NCBI RefSeq assembly: GCF_001194135.2
Contig: NC_069000.1
Span: 1,419,164-1,483,163, forward strand
Direction: 5' to 3'
Length of the DNA: 64,000 nucleotides
From: Octopus bimaculoides
Taxonomy: Eukaryota
Shown here: positions 25,805 to 36,552 of the stretch, piece by piece
Numbering within the stretch: position 1 is the stretch's first letter
Layout of the letters: each line of letters starts with the position of its first letter
Translations under genes and position numbers: made by a program
Notes under the pieces: generated by a model
Database searches by the model: none
Seen by the model: the letters and a program-made list of their open reading frames with translations, nothing else
What the model was told of the DNA's origin: nothing

Positions 25805-26172
25805 GATGAACAAAAGAGCTACATCAAGCAGAAAAGAAAAAAAACGTTTTCTTCGGGTGAATTAAGAGCACTTAGGATTTTTCAGAAAAATAAAACATAG
25901 TGTAAGTTGACTCTCCCATGAGAGAGTGGATTGCGGATGTTATTTCAAAGTATGGATTCATGGTAATATATAAATGGACTTGATCAAGCGACTGGAATAA
26001 ATAAAGGAAATAAAGGAAATAGAGATGGAGGGAAAAGGAAAGAGAAAAATAAAAGAAAAAAAATTTACAAAATTCATAAAACAACATATCAAGCAGTGAA
26101 TTCTCAGAAAAATTTGCCCCAAACAATAAAAATAAAAAGTCGTTTTAATATATCTGAGAACAAAACTATGAT

Positions 26173-26384
26173 TTAGCAGTCACTACTCTGTTCTTTTCTA
26201 AGTTTGTCCAATTCCTCTTCAACAAGTTTAGCAAGGTCATATCGCTTCATGTCGTAAAGAATTTTACAGAAGTTTATTGCAGTACTGTTCAACGATGTAT
26301 TATTCCAGTCAACCAATACATTTATACAGGGATCCTGGCTGTTTTCATATCTTCCAACCAAAGAAAGATCACAGTTCAAATGAC
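26173..26384 (-). CDS. Gene 2 exon 9 (Death domain C-half, stop)
   Basis: tttcctcAG|(G)HLNCDLSLVGRYENSQDPCINVLVDWNNTSLNSTAINFCKILYDMKRYDLAKLVEEELDKLRKEQSSDC-TAA. Matches the death-domain pattern W..LA..L / P...L..W / L..M.R.D. Confidence 0.9.
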
Positions 26385-28425
26385 CTGAGGAAAGAAAACA
26401 CAACATCAATCAAGAAATATTTTCATATGTGTGTGTGTGTGTAATAAGCAGAAAACAGGTATGGTATTCAATGCTTTATAGGACAGATCCATGTTTCTTC
26501 AAAATACTAAAAAAATTACATAATTTGGTGAAACATTATGCAACCTTGCACTTTATCTCATCAGTGTCCCACAGTAAATAAAATAACAGCCAAATTATAA
26601 TAATAATTGCATATAGTGCTCAGGTGTGCTACAACTCATTAGAAGAGGTTAAAAGAAGGAACAGAAAGCAGACAGAATAAAAGACGAAAAGACAAAAGTG
26701 AATGGCTTTTATAGGGGACTGGAAGCCAAATTTGAGAATGTTCAAGAAAACCTGTCCCCCACCACCGCTTCACACTGACCAGTCAATAGACTGATCACAT
26801 GGAACATATATGGTGGTTTGCTCCTGATGTCTGACCATGTAACCAGGGATTTGTTTCAAATCTCCACTACATTACAAGGCACAGAAGTCTTAGTAGCAGA
26901 TGTAAAAGTGTCCAGCAGTAGCAGAGCTGGAATTGCTAGGTCCATAGTTCAATTTGCTTGAGTGCCACCAGCAACAAATATCCACTTGTAACTGCATGCC
27001 CAACAGGTTAGACATCCCACAAAAACATAAAACCACCACCTTGTGTTACATACCCAGCCTCTTTCATCCTAGAGCAATTCATAATGTTGGTTGGTGAGGT
27101 TAACATCACAATTGGATTTCAAATGTAAATTTTGAGAGAGAGAGCAAAGATAGAAAACAAGAGCATCAAAGCTCCCTGCATAAAATGTGTGAACACTAGC
27201 TTAGCCAAAAATGCAGAGTCATGCCAGTGATAAAGGATCAATAAACATACACTGAGATTATGCATAAAACTAAGAGACAAATATTCCCCTCTGGGGAAAA
27301 AGTTATATTAACGAAACAACAAACAGATTTTGCATCCGTATGATTTGTCTGCATCACAATTATTCAGAAGTTTTAACAAAAAGATTTAGCAAGGGAGATA
27401 ACTCCAATAAAATCTAGTCGCTCTCCAATGGGAGAGTCATAAGTGGAATGCCTCTGACTACGTGTCTGCTTGATCAGTGCTGAATTTTGGGCTGTCCAAC
27501 ACCAATATTGCCCTTCTCAATCAGTTAGTTGCAATTCTTCAAGAACAAACAACGGAAATGAAAATGTTCGAAAAATAGTTTTCAATGCAACAGTCACAGG
27601 TGTGACAGTGTGGTTAAGAAATTTGCTTCCAAACCAGAAGGTCTTAGTTTCAAACTTACTGCACAGCACTCTGGACAAGTGTGTTCTACTACAGCCTTAC
27701 TTCAACTAAAGATCCTGAAACTGGAATAACCCCATTGTACATACACGTGTGTGTGTGTGTGAATGTCTGTTGACATTGTGTGATAGTTGTAAACGGGTGT
27801 CATTGTAATACAAGCAGTGTCATTCGTTTCCAGTCTTCCTTGGAAACACATTTAATCATGGGGAAATATTACCTTATCTGGAAATAGGTGAGGGTTAATG
27901 AGAGGAAGCACATCAGGCCATGAAAAAGTCAGCTTCGACAAATTCTGGCTGACCCATACAAGCATGGAAAGGAGGACATTAAAACAACGGCAATGGTGAT
28001 GAATGTAGGGAGTAGATTCTCTTACCAGCCAGCATTTTCCAGTTGAGACTTGGGTTAGAATTTAGTTCCAGACAGATGTGAAAGAGAATTTTAGAATTCA
28101 ACTCAAGTACAGACATTTTTTCAACATCGATCACTTTACCCTGAAAATAGAATAAAAACAAAGAAAAAAGATGAAAAGGAACTCGAAATAGCAGGGTTCA
28201 ACATAGCTTCTTCTTAATCTTTTGAAAATAACTTTGGCACAGGCCTGACTTCATGGTTAAGAAGTGTGCTTCCCTGCCATGGGGTTTCAGGTTCAATCCC
28301 ATTGCATGACATTTTGGGCAAGTGCCTTCTACTATAGCCTTGGACAGACCAAAGCCTTATGAGTGAATTTAGTAGACAGAAACCGAAAGAAGCCCGTCGT
28401 GTGTGTGTGTGTTTGTATACATATC

Positions 28426-28465
<40 letters not shown>

Positions 28466-31400
28466 TATATATATATTTATATACATGTTTTACTTAGGCA
28501 TAGCGATAGTAATAACCTGGGGTTAGAACCCCATATATATATGCCTCAGAATAAAGCATTAGTTGAATACAGAGCATAATAAGAGATTAAATAAATGGCG
28601 AGGGAAAAAGAAATTATGCAATGGACTACATTAGCTTACAGCTGTTTCTGCTGTAAGATGCAATGCACTCAACCAAGTGCTTGTGCATCACCTTATAGCT
28701 TCCATAGGAAAGCAATTATATACATGGAAAAGAGCTAACTTTATACCCCATTTCTTATGTATTTTTATATTTTCAATGGTGATCGTTTCCATATATATAT
28801 AAATTAACTCTGACGCATTGCAGTCCAATGATAGCTTAATGACCAAAACACTAAAGAACACACACACACACAGGAATAACTTACAATTTGCTTCACTTGA
28901 GTTTCATTAATGAGATGTGTGCAAAAGATTGGAGATTCATGTTTCCTCTGTGAATGGCAACAATAGATGCATTGTGGGTTGTGGCATCGTCCGTAATACT
29001 TGAAGAAGCTGTATGGAAATACAGCTACGCAGACTTGATGAAGTTGTTGGAATATATGAAATAGTGTTTCTTCATTGGACTGAGTTGTGATTCTAGAGAA
29101 AAATAAAATGAAAATAAAGGCCAGGTTAATATATATATACTATGCACCCCTCCACCATCACCACACGCACACACACACACATTCTTTCAAGCCGAGTGTT
29201 TATTCTGCAGAATGTCAGCTTTCTGAAAATTCCTTCCTTGCATATGTTTCTGTGCAAATATTTCCTCCAAATAGTAATCAAACATGTTGATCTTACAGGT
29301 ATTGTATCAAGTAAAGAGAATGCTAAAGAGTTAACAAGAAAATAAATGAATGGAAAACATAACTCACTCTGAGGTGATTTTGACCTGCTGGGTCGCCCAC
29401 TGGTATTGAAAATGAACCATATGTTTTCTGACCATAATTTTACACTGGGATAATTGGATCTCTTGAGGTAATTCCCAACCGTATAAATTTCCAAAGGAAA
29501 TGACCAGTCTAAGAAAGTCTGTGTGCTGTGCACTGCTGCAGAACTGAATGTAGAGTGAGAAAACATTGTGCATCAAAGGGTTCTGCACTTCCATTTGGTA
29601 ACTGTGTTGCAAACAAGGGATGTAGTATTTCGTGTAGGCGTATTGGCCTGATTCCTTTAAGCTTAATATCACATTGTGGCTCTCGAGTAATGCAAGGACT
29701 GAATGGCTGAAGACATCACTGGGATACAAGTTGTCGACCAGAACCTGTTGGTCCACTATTCCGTTGGGTATTTTATGGTATTGAGAGAAAGTGTGACTTC
29801 TGCTCACTAAAGAAATTGGTTGATATGCAAGCTGAGACATAGAGTTTAAAATGTACTCAATGTTTACATATAAACTATTTCCTTGTGGTAATAGAGCAGA
29901 TTTTCTGGAATTTACTGGAAAATATAAATAAATAAAAAGTTAATATAAATTGAAAAATATGTATATTCTATTTCTTATTGTGTGCTGAAAAGGTCATTAT
30001 GTCAATAATAACACACAGTCAGTGCGTGTGTTATTATTGGTGCAATGACCCTCCCAAAACACAAGATTTGTTTCAACACACAAAATTCACATCAAGAATC
30101 TTGCAAACCAGATACAGAAACAAACGAATATTCTACTGATTTAATTTTCATTTTTACACCATTTTGTGAAGAACAGGTTTCCAGCGGCACCAGTCATGGA
30201 TTCCCTGCATTTTTCACAGTGAGAATAAGAAGGGAGTATATGTGCAACTGTAACAGAACAAATATACAAAGTATTTTGGTCTGGAATCAATGGTTTCATT
30301 GGTTTTCCTCACCAATGTTTACATTTTTCAATGAAATTCAAAGAGAGATGCCTATATATAAATTCAAAAAATGGCTTGCATTGGGTTTCCTATTTTATTT
30401 AGACATATATCTGTATGAAGATAAACACACACACACACACACATATATCATATCTGTTGCCTTGTTTTTATGTTTGCTTTTCCATGCTAGCAAGGGTTAT
30501 ACTAATATAGTATTAAAGCACTATTTTAGCAATGGATACCCCTCACATCACCAAATCTTTCTTGTTTTTCAAGTATGAGATCTCTTATTGAAGGTGTGAA
30601 GTAAGCCAGGGATTTGTTAACAGAAGAAACAACAACCATCACAGTGTCCAAAGCACACACACATACATCTTTATCAACATTTGGCAGAAGCAACAGAACG
30701 ACTCAAGGGTCCGAAGTATTTCTTGTAGGATAAGCAACCACAGAGAGGTTTCCTACATTGGTTTATAAAAGACAGGTAGTTAATAGAGAATGGTAAGCAG
30801 TGGATTGAATGAAATATGATCTGTTGAATGCGCAATGGAAAAATCTGAGCTCAACTGTGGATTTCTTGCATTTTCTGTCTACGAAATCTAATGACAAGGA
30901 TTTGATTGGCCCAAGGTGCCGTATAGTGGGACCGAACCTGAAGCCATCTTAACATCAAGCCTGCACCAATCAATGAAAGATGTAAACCCAATAAACAGAT
31001 GCTTTTAAACAAAAATCCTTGGAGGTATCTATTCCATCCAAATTGTATCAGATGGTCATATTTTGACCCTGAGCATCAAAAATGCTGTGAGTCATTGGCT
31101 GGTTTATTGGAAACTTAGAACCAGCAACCTCAATGTTTACAAATTGATAATGATGATGATGATGATGATGATAGTAATTGCAATCAAGATTTTCATTATT
31201 CTTGCCTTCCTCCTCCTCCTCCTTCCCTTCCTTCATCACCTTCTTCAGTTGTATTAATTTAATCTTTAATATTACAATGATAAAAGTTAATTGATGAAAT
31301 TACAATAGAAATAGTAAATATTTTTCCATTCCAACAAACAACTTACCTCCAATATAATATTTGAAGGAACTCATTTCACGCACTGTTTGATGAAGATCCT

Positions 31401-34400
31401 GCTGGGAAATTTTATCAAAGACTTTGTGAACAGTTTTGAAAAAGTCAGTTGTAATACTTTTACACAGACCAATATGGTGAAGCTTGTGCAGAGCATAAGC
31501 TGCATGGCAACTCATTGAAATTTCCTTTTGTTTAGCGAGTTCAAAGATAGAATTGAAAAACGTGTCACTGTTTTGGTCAGAATTTGAAGGAATAACAATG
31601 GGTTCTACCAGTATTTTGTCAATGAAGAAATTGTGTTGATTGCGACATGGTTCAGTGTTTTCCTGACAGATACATTTCACTTTAATTTGTACCTCTTTTC
31701 CAACACAAGACTGAATCGTATGGACATATCTCTTCAGCATTCGCAGTTCAGCTTGTTGGGATCCTTGTGTAACAGTGGACAGCTGACAATCCAGCATGAT
31801 CAAGAAAATGCTGTTTTTAGTAAACGTAAGTTTCATGCAATGATGAAAGAAAGACTCATCTGAGGAAGCCAGTAACTCAAGTGCTATCAGATGCTTCACG
31901 TCCAAATGGTAAAACCAGGATCGTTTACTCCAGGACTCCACAAAAAATGTCCCCCTCTGAGTCCACACACAGCAAGCTTTGAAAGCAGCTGTATCATTAT
32001 TGAGATTTGTTTCTATCATTGGATAATTTTGAGACGCTTTGTGACGGTTCGATTTCAGTCGGGTCACCAGGAAGTTGTAATGCACCATAGCAGCAGGGCC
32101 ACACAAAAACACTCTTTTTATTGGACAAATCCTCTTCTGTTCAACACACGGATTATTTCTATGCTTGAATTTGACAGGTCTTTGAATAATTAGTCGTAGC
32201 TCTGATTCTGTTTCTATTTTCTGGTCAATAACTTTGTTCTGGAGGATAAAAGAAAAGAATCTTTTTTAAAAAGTGAAGAAAAAAATTAATCGAAAAAAAT
32301 ATTATTTTATCTGGAAAAAAAAAAAAAAAAATTATATCAATGTTTTATTCTAAAATTAAATGTTGCATTTCAGTAAAGTCAAATTAGCCAATTTAGTAAA
32401 CATACACTCCATTAAATTTATCACGTTTATTGAGGCATGGCCTGTACAACTGATTACATTTGTGGGAAATTTCCAAAGTTCAATGACAAATGCATTTATT
32501 TAAGTTTTGTGATTATACAAGATTAGCATAACACCTCATATGTGTACCTAGCTTTAAAAGTTGCTCTCAAAATCATTAAGTTTTATGACAATAATTAAAT
32601 AATGTGTTTGATAGAATTTTCCTCAAACACCAAAGATAAATATGTTAACCACCTTACAATATGTATATTGTAGAGTGGTTAACATTTAATTATTATATAT
32701 ATATCCAGAAATATATACACTCACCACACTTAGGTCTTGACAAGCAATGCCATTGAGAGAAAGAATGAGGTCACCAACTTTTAACTTCCTGGCAGCATCA
32801 TTTGATACACTGGTTATAAGAAAATACTGGGAAAAATAGAAATAAGAAAGAAAAATTGCTTAATTTCAAAACTTCCACTTGTCTTTCTATTTTATTCTCT
32901 ATCAGGTGGATCTGCTTTCTGAACTTTATTTAATTCTAAAAGAGTTCACAGAAAAATTGATGGCGTTTGAACAAAAGACACAGCAGAGCAGCCAGACACT
33001 TGTGGAGAAGGCAACCTCAGACTGTGTCCAGTTTGCTCTGTAAGGTGGTTGACAAATGAAAGCAGAGAATGCAGAGTCAAGAGGGGCCTAAAGTTTGGTT
33101 GAGGACAGGATAAAATAGAAATAAAGATATCACATACAATTATGGACACATGCCCTTAAAAATTCCAACCCAGCTTCATCATCGTAATGAAGAACAATAG
33201 TTTTAAGTCTTTCCTTAAGGAAAATGTATTTTTTGCTTTTCCTTGCCACTTCAACCCCTGATATGGCCAGTTTTATTACCATTTTGGTGTGGGACTGTTC
33301 TACCCTAAGCTTCTCGATTAATTTGGATACGTTAGGGTGATGGATGTTAACTCTTCTACTGAAGGCGTGGTGCCAACCTTCTAGAGAGTTGTTGGTTTCC
33401 AGGAGATCATTGAGAACTCTGTAGTAGCACTACCATAAAGAAATGGCAGATAGTGGTCATCGACATCGACCACATTGCATGATTCCTAGCTAAGTACACT
33501 CAAAATAAGACAGGAATTCCTCCAAAATTTTATCAATTTGAACACTTGGGCCAGATATGGCCAGTTTAAACCAGCCAAAGGGTTAAAATTCAGAACAAGC
33601 TAGAAAGGATTAGGAAACCCACAGGTTTACTCACCATAGAAGTGTTCACCGAGTTTTTAGGAACCAACTGAAAAAAAAAGAAGAAAAGAGATTGGTTAGG
33701 TATCAAATAATATATGAATAACCTTTACTGCTACAGACACAAGGCTTGAAATTTTGGGAACAGGGGTGAGTCAATTACATCAATCCCAGGGTGCAACTGG
33801 TATATTCTATCAATCCTGAAAGGATGAAAGGTAAAGTTGACCTTGACAGAGTTTGAACTCAGAACTTAAAAACAGATGAAATGCCACTAAGCAATTTGCC
33901 CAGCATGCTCTGCTGGTTCACTGCTGTGATGAAAAATATAACAATTTACATAAACATTTAAAGTTATAAAGAAATAAAAGGACATATTGGATAATGGTGT
34001 CCAAATGAAAACCAATGACAGTGGCCACCACTTATGAAAGAAGCCACCTGGGTTCGTTTGTCAATGTGTCAGCACAAGGAGGCCAAGGACTTATTCATTT
34101 CGTCTCTGGAAGGATGCAAAAGTAAAGTAGAACTTGGTGGAATGCAAAATGAGAAATGTGAAGAGAAATAATAATAAGCTTGGCAGTAAAATATTTACCG
34201 AGGAAGGAAGAACTTCATACTGAAATCCAAATTTGCCTGCACTGGATCGTTTCAATATCACAGTTTTTGGTTTGGCATCCCACTGGATGCTATCTGGATT
34301 CTGGAAGACAGCATCTTTCAGTGAGACTGTATCAGTAGCGATGGGTCTTGGCACTGGTTGCGAGTGACAGCTACCATCAGCATCCAGCAGCAGTGAATTC

Positions 34401-35782
34401 ATGCTGTTAGTACTGCTGCTGTTGCTGCTGCAGACACTGGAGTTCAAACTCATCCTCTGAATATTATCATTAGAATCATGATAGAGAGATCGGTACGCTT
34501 CCAAAAGGACAACGGTGCCGGACGAGAGACTCAGGACACTCTCAACCTCCATTGGCGTCTTCAAGTGACGGATGTCAATTTCATCGATTTTTGTAATGTA
34601 GTGGTATTTGGTCAACTCTCGTGACAAGCAGGTGTCTTTCACCTGCGTCACCTTGGCTATGTTTCCACTGGGAAATTTCTGAAGAACAGAAAGAAAAAAT
34701 GGATGAGTGAATTAGAATGTAATTAAAGAATACATCTAGGATACATTCATGCACACACACACACACAAAGGTAATACGTACATATGCATATATTCTTTTC
34801 TTTTATTTGTTTCAGTCATTTGACTGTGGCCATGCCGGGGCAACGCCTTTAGTTGAACAAATCGACCCCAGGACTATCACATAGATAGATAGATAGATAT
34901 ACACACATACAGATAGATAGATATGCACACATACAGATAGATAGATATGCACACATACACACATGCCATGAACACATACAAGGTGGGCCAAAAGTCAAGA
35001 AATATAAAAATACAGTTGGTGTAACAGCTGAAATCGCCAGAGTATATATATCCACAGACTGCAATATTCAGTCACACCTTGTTTATACACACACACACAC
35101 ACACCAAACATACAAAACAGATTTGTAATGCCGGAATCGGTATTATGAGGTGAGTATAAGGGCAGGAGAAGGGACTCCAGGAACTCTCTAATGGGACTAA
35201 ATGCTGCCTAACTTCCATATTTCACTTGTTACATTTTAGAAGTCAGAAAGTGCTCCAGCTGGACCAGTCACAGCCCAATGACTAAGACCAGTAAAAGAAA
35301 AGAATAACAACTGCATCATCACCATCATCATCATCATCATCATCATCATCTAAAGCCAGTTTTCCATTGCACAAGTGCATCAGATTCCAGTGTTAGCTTT
35401 GGCATGGGTTCTGCGGCTGGATGCTGCCCTTCCTAATGCCAACCACTTTACAAAGTGTGGATTGGATGCTTTTATACATCATCACTAGTGAGGTTGTTAT
35501 GCAGCTCACAAGACTAGAAACCCCTAGAGAAGAAGGGATCAGTTTTAGGCTGTGAAATAGGGGGACAGAGTATGAGAGATAGAGTATGAAATAGGGGGTT
35601 AGAGTATGAGAGATAGCGAGAGGCATCAAAGATATGTTAAAAAAAACAATTCTTACTTGAATAATTATGCTGAAACCTAATTTCCCATCAGCTCTTCGTG
35701 GGACAGGAATCTTACATGGTTTACCAGAATCAATAATGTCCTCATCTAGCCTAAAAAGCGGTTCGTCTTCTGCCATGCCCAT
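26173..35782 (-). CDS. Uncharacterised 904-aa protein: PDZ-PDZ-degenerate Roc-like-COR-like-Death, 9 coding exons
   Basis: Join (minus) 35782-35657, 34678-34199, 33667-33635, 32826-32725, 32238-31347, 29914-29368, 29092-28885, 28140-28026, 26384-26173 = 2715 nt, open throughout. All introns GT-AG, phases 0,0,0,0,1,2,0,1. An in-frame TGA upstream of the ATG in the same exon fixes the start. PDZ and Death calls are strong by motif; Roc/COR is weaker. Confidence 0.88.
28026..28140 (-). CDS. Gene 2 exon 8 (Death domain N-half)
   Basis: ctattttcAG|GKVIDVEKMSVLELNSKILFHICLELNSNPSLNWKMLA|GTAAGA. Confidence 0.9.
28885..29092 (-). CDS. Gene 2 exon 7 (Cys/His-rich; absent from the ORF track)
   Basis: tttttctctAG|(E)ITTQSNEETLFHIFQQLHQVCVAVFPYSFFKYYGRCHNPQCIYCCHSQRKHESPIFCTHLINETQVKQI|GTAAGT; phase 2 to 0. 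Confidence 0.88.
29368..29914 (-). CDS. Gene 2 exon 6 (COR-like)
   Basis: tattttccAG|(V)NSRKSALLPQGNSLYVNIEYILNSMSQL...PNGIVDQQVL...LALLESHNVILSL...KYYIPCLQ...KITS|GTGAGT; phase 1 to 2. Confidence 0.85.
31347..32238 (-). CDS. Gene 2 exon 5 (end of PDZ2, Roc-like region, start of COR-like region)
   Basis: tatcctccAG|NKVIDQ...ELRLIIQRP...KRVFLCGPAAMVHY...LELLASSDESFFHHCMKLTFTKNSIFLIMLD...FKYYIG|GTAAGT; 892-nt open exon. Confidence 0.88.
32725..32826 (-). CDS. Gene 2 exon 4 (PDZ2 core; absent from the ORF track)
   Basis: tttttcccAG|YFLITSVSNDAARKLKVGDLILSLNGIACQDLSV|GTGAGT; LKVGDLILSLNG is the typical PDZ L..GD.I..vNG motif. Confidence 0.92.
33130..33471 (-). mobile_element. MULE/Mutator-type transposase C-terminal relic in gene 2 intron 3
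   Basis: Translation GRCR*PLSAISLW*CYYRVLNDLLETNNSLEGWHHAFSRRVNIHHPNVSKLIEKLRVEQ...KSKKY...RLKTIVLHY...EFLRACVHN matches the PLFPxxLWN...RTNNxxEGWH...HPNI...YLRAIAHN tail of animal MULE transposases. Two stops lie upstream in the same frame. Confidence 0.85.
33635..33667 (-). CDS. Gene 2 exon 3, 33-nt microexon LVPKNSVNTSM
   Basis: Acceptor ttttttttcAG and donor atg|GTGAGT are both consensus; symmetric phase 0. Confidence 0.75.
34199..34678 (-). CDS. Gene 2 exon 2 (rest of PDZ1, Ser-rich linker, start of PDZ2 KRSSAGKFGF)
   Basis: gttcttcAG|KFPSGNIAKVTQV...HYITKIDEIDIRHL...TVVLLEAYR...KTVILKRSSAGKFGFQYEVLPSS|GTAAAT. Confidence 0.88.
35657..35782 (-). CDS. Gene 2 coding exon 1 (start; PDZ1 GLGF-type loop RRADGKLGF)
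   Basis: Acceptor ctcctttcAG before 35812, then 30 nt of UTR with an in-frame TGA, MGMAEDEP...GKLGFSIIIQ, donor caa|GTAAGA. Confidence 0.85.
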
Positions 35783-36065
35783 ATCATTAAAGACTTGGTC
35801 AATACATCAAAACTGAAAGGAGAAGAGAAACTTGTTTAATTTTATTAATTTCCAGTTAATTCTCTCTGTTTCCTTATAATTTCATTAAACACACACACAG
35901 AGATTTGTTTGGTAGACAGACAACTTGTATGAATTAAATTCTCAGGGTATTAATTAGTAGCAAATTAATAAGTTAGTGTGAGAAATAGGAGAGATACTGC
36001 ATGTGGCATTGTTAAACATTAAAAAAAATTATTATTTAAAATAATAATAATAATAATAATAATAA

Positions 36066-36310
36066 GGCAAATGGTATAGTGGTTAAGAACACGTGCTACT
36101 AACCCCAAGATTCTGAGTTCGATTCCAGGCAGTGACCTGAATAATAATAATAACAACAACAACATCGTAAAATTCCTTAGGAATTAGAACCCAGGTTCAA
36201 AATTTCCCCAAGACACCTGATGAAGGCTGGAAAGTACATCAGCCGAAACGTTGTGTTAACAACAAACAAGATGAGGACAAATATCCGTCAAATGTAAATA
36301 ATGTAAATAA
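36066..36310 (+). mobile_element. tRNA-head SINE whose tail carries a Penelope-type hammerhead motif
   Basis: A-box-like TGGTATAGTGG, B-box GAGTTCGATTCC, then CTGATGAAGGCTG...CAGCCGAAACGTT; flanked by (TAA)n. Confidence 0.75.
36212..36257 (+). ncRNA. Minimal type I hammerhead ribozyme fold
   Basis: Helix I GACAC/GUGUU, core CUGAUGA plus one extra A, helix II GGCUG/CAGCC, GAA, palindromic ACGU helix III, GUU triplet (U17). Confidence 0.65.
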
Positions 36311-36552
36311 TAATAATAATGAAATTATTGTGTATCGTGCTCAGGTGCACTACAACTGATCAAAGGTGCATGTACATAGAATTATGTACCAACAATTAAT
36401 CATCATAAAACAGACAAGTAGATAACAAGCATATACTTTGACAGTAAATACATTTAAATAGACTTCATTATAATGTAGATACTAAGCACACATTTAAGAT
36501 TAGTAATTTTCCCCAGCACAGAAATGTCCCCAACAGGTTCTTTTGTACTTAC

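Noticed and set aside
30045-30578. 177-aa plus-strand ORF, plus a minus frame interrupted only by TGAs
   Set aside because: Lies in intron 5 of gene 2, runs through a CA repeat, and shows no recognisable motif or consistent splice sites.
30540-30752. Phase-1 exon-like frame with a single in-frame TGA (SDP*VVLLLP), tempting as A-to-I stop recoding or selenocysteine
   Set aside because: Exon 5 (donor after 31347, phase 1) joins exon 6 directly at 29914 in frame, so no extra exon is needed. No SECIS or editing evidence is visible, and the stretch contains microsatellite.
31633-32193. Plus-strand ORFs of 76 and 100 aa
   Set aside because: Antisense shadows of the long coding exon 5.
36066-36135. 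Possible tRNA gene (also 8480-8580 and 36840-36915)
   Set aside because: A/B boxes are present but there is no complete cloverleaf, and each continues into a SINE body.
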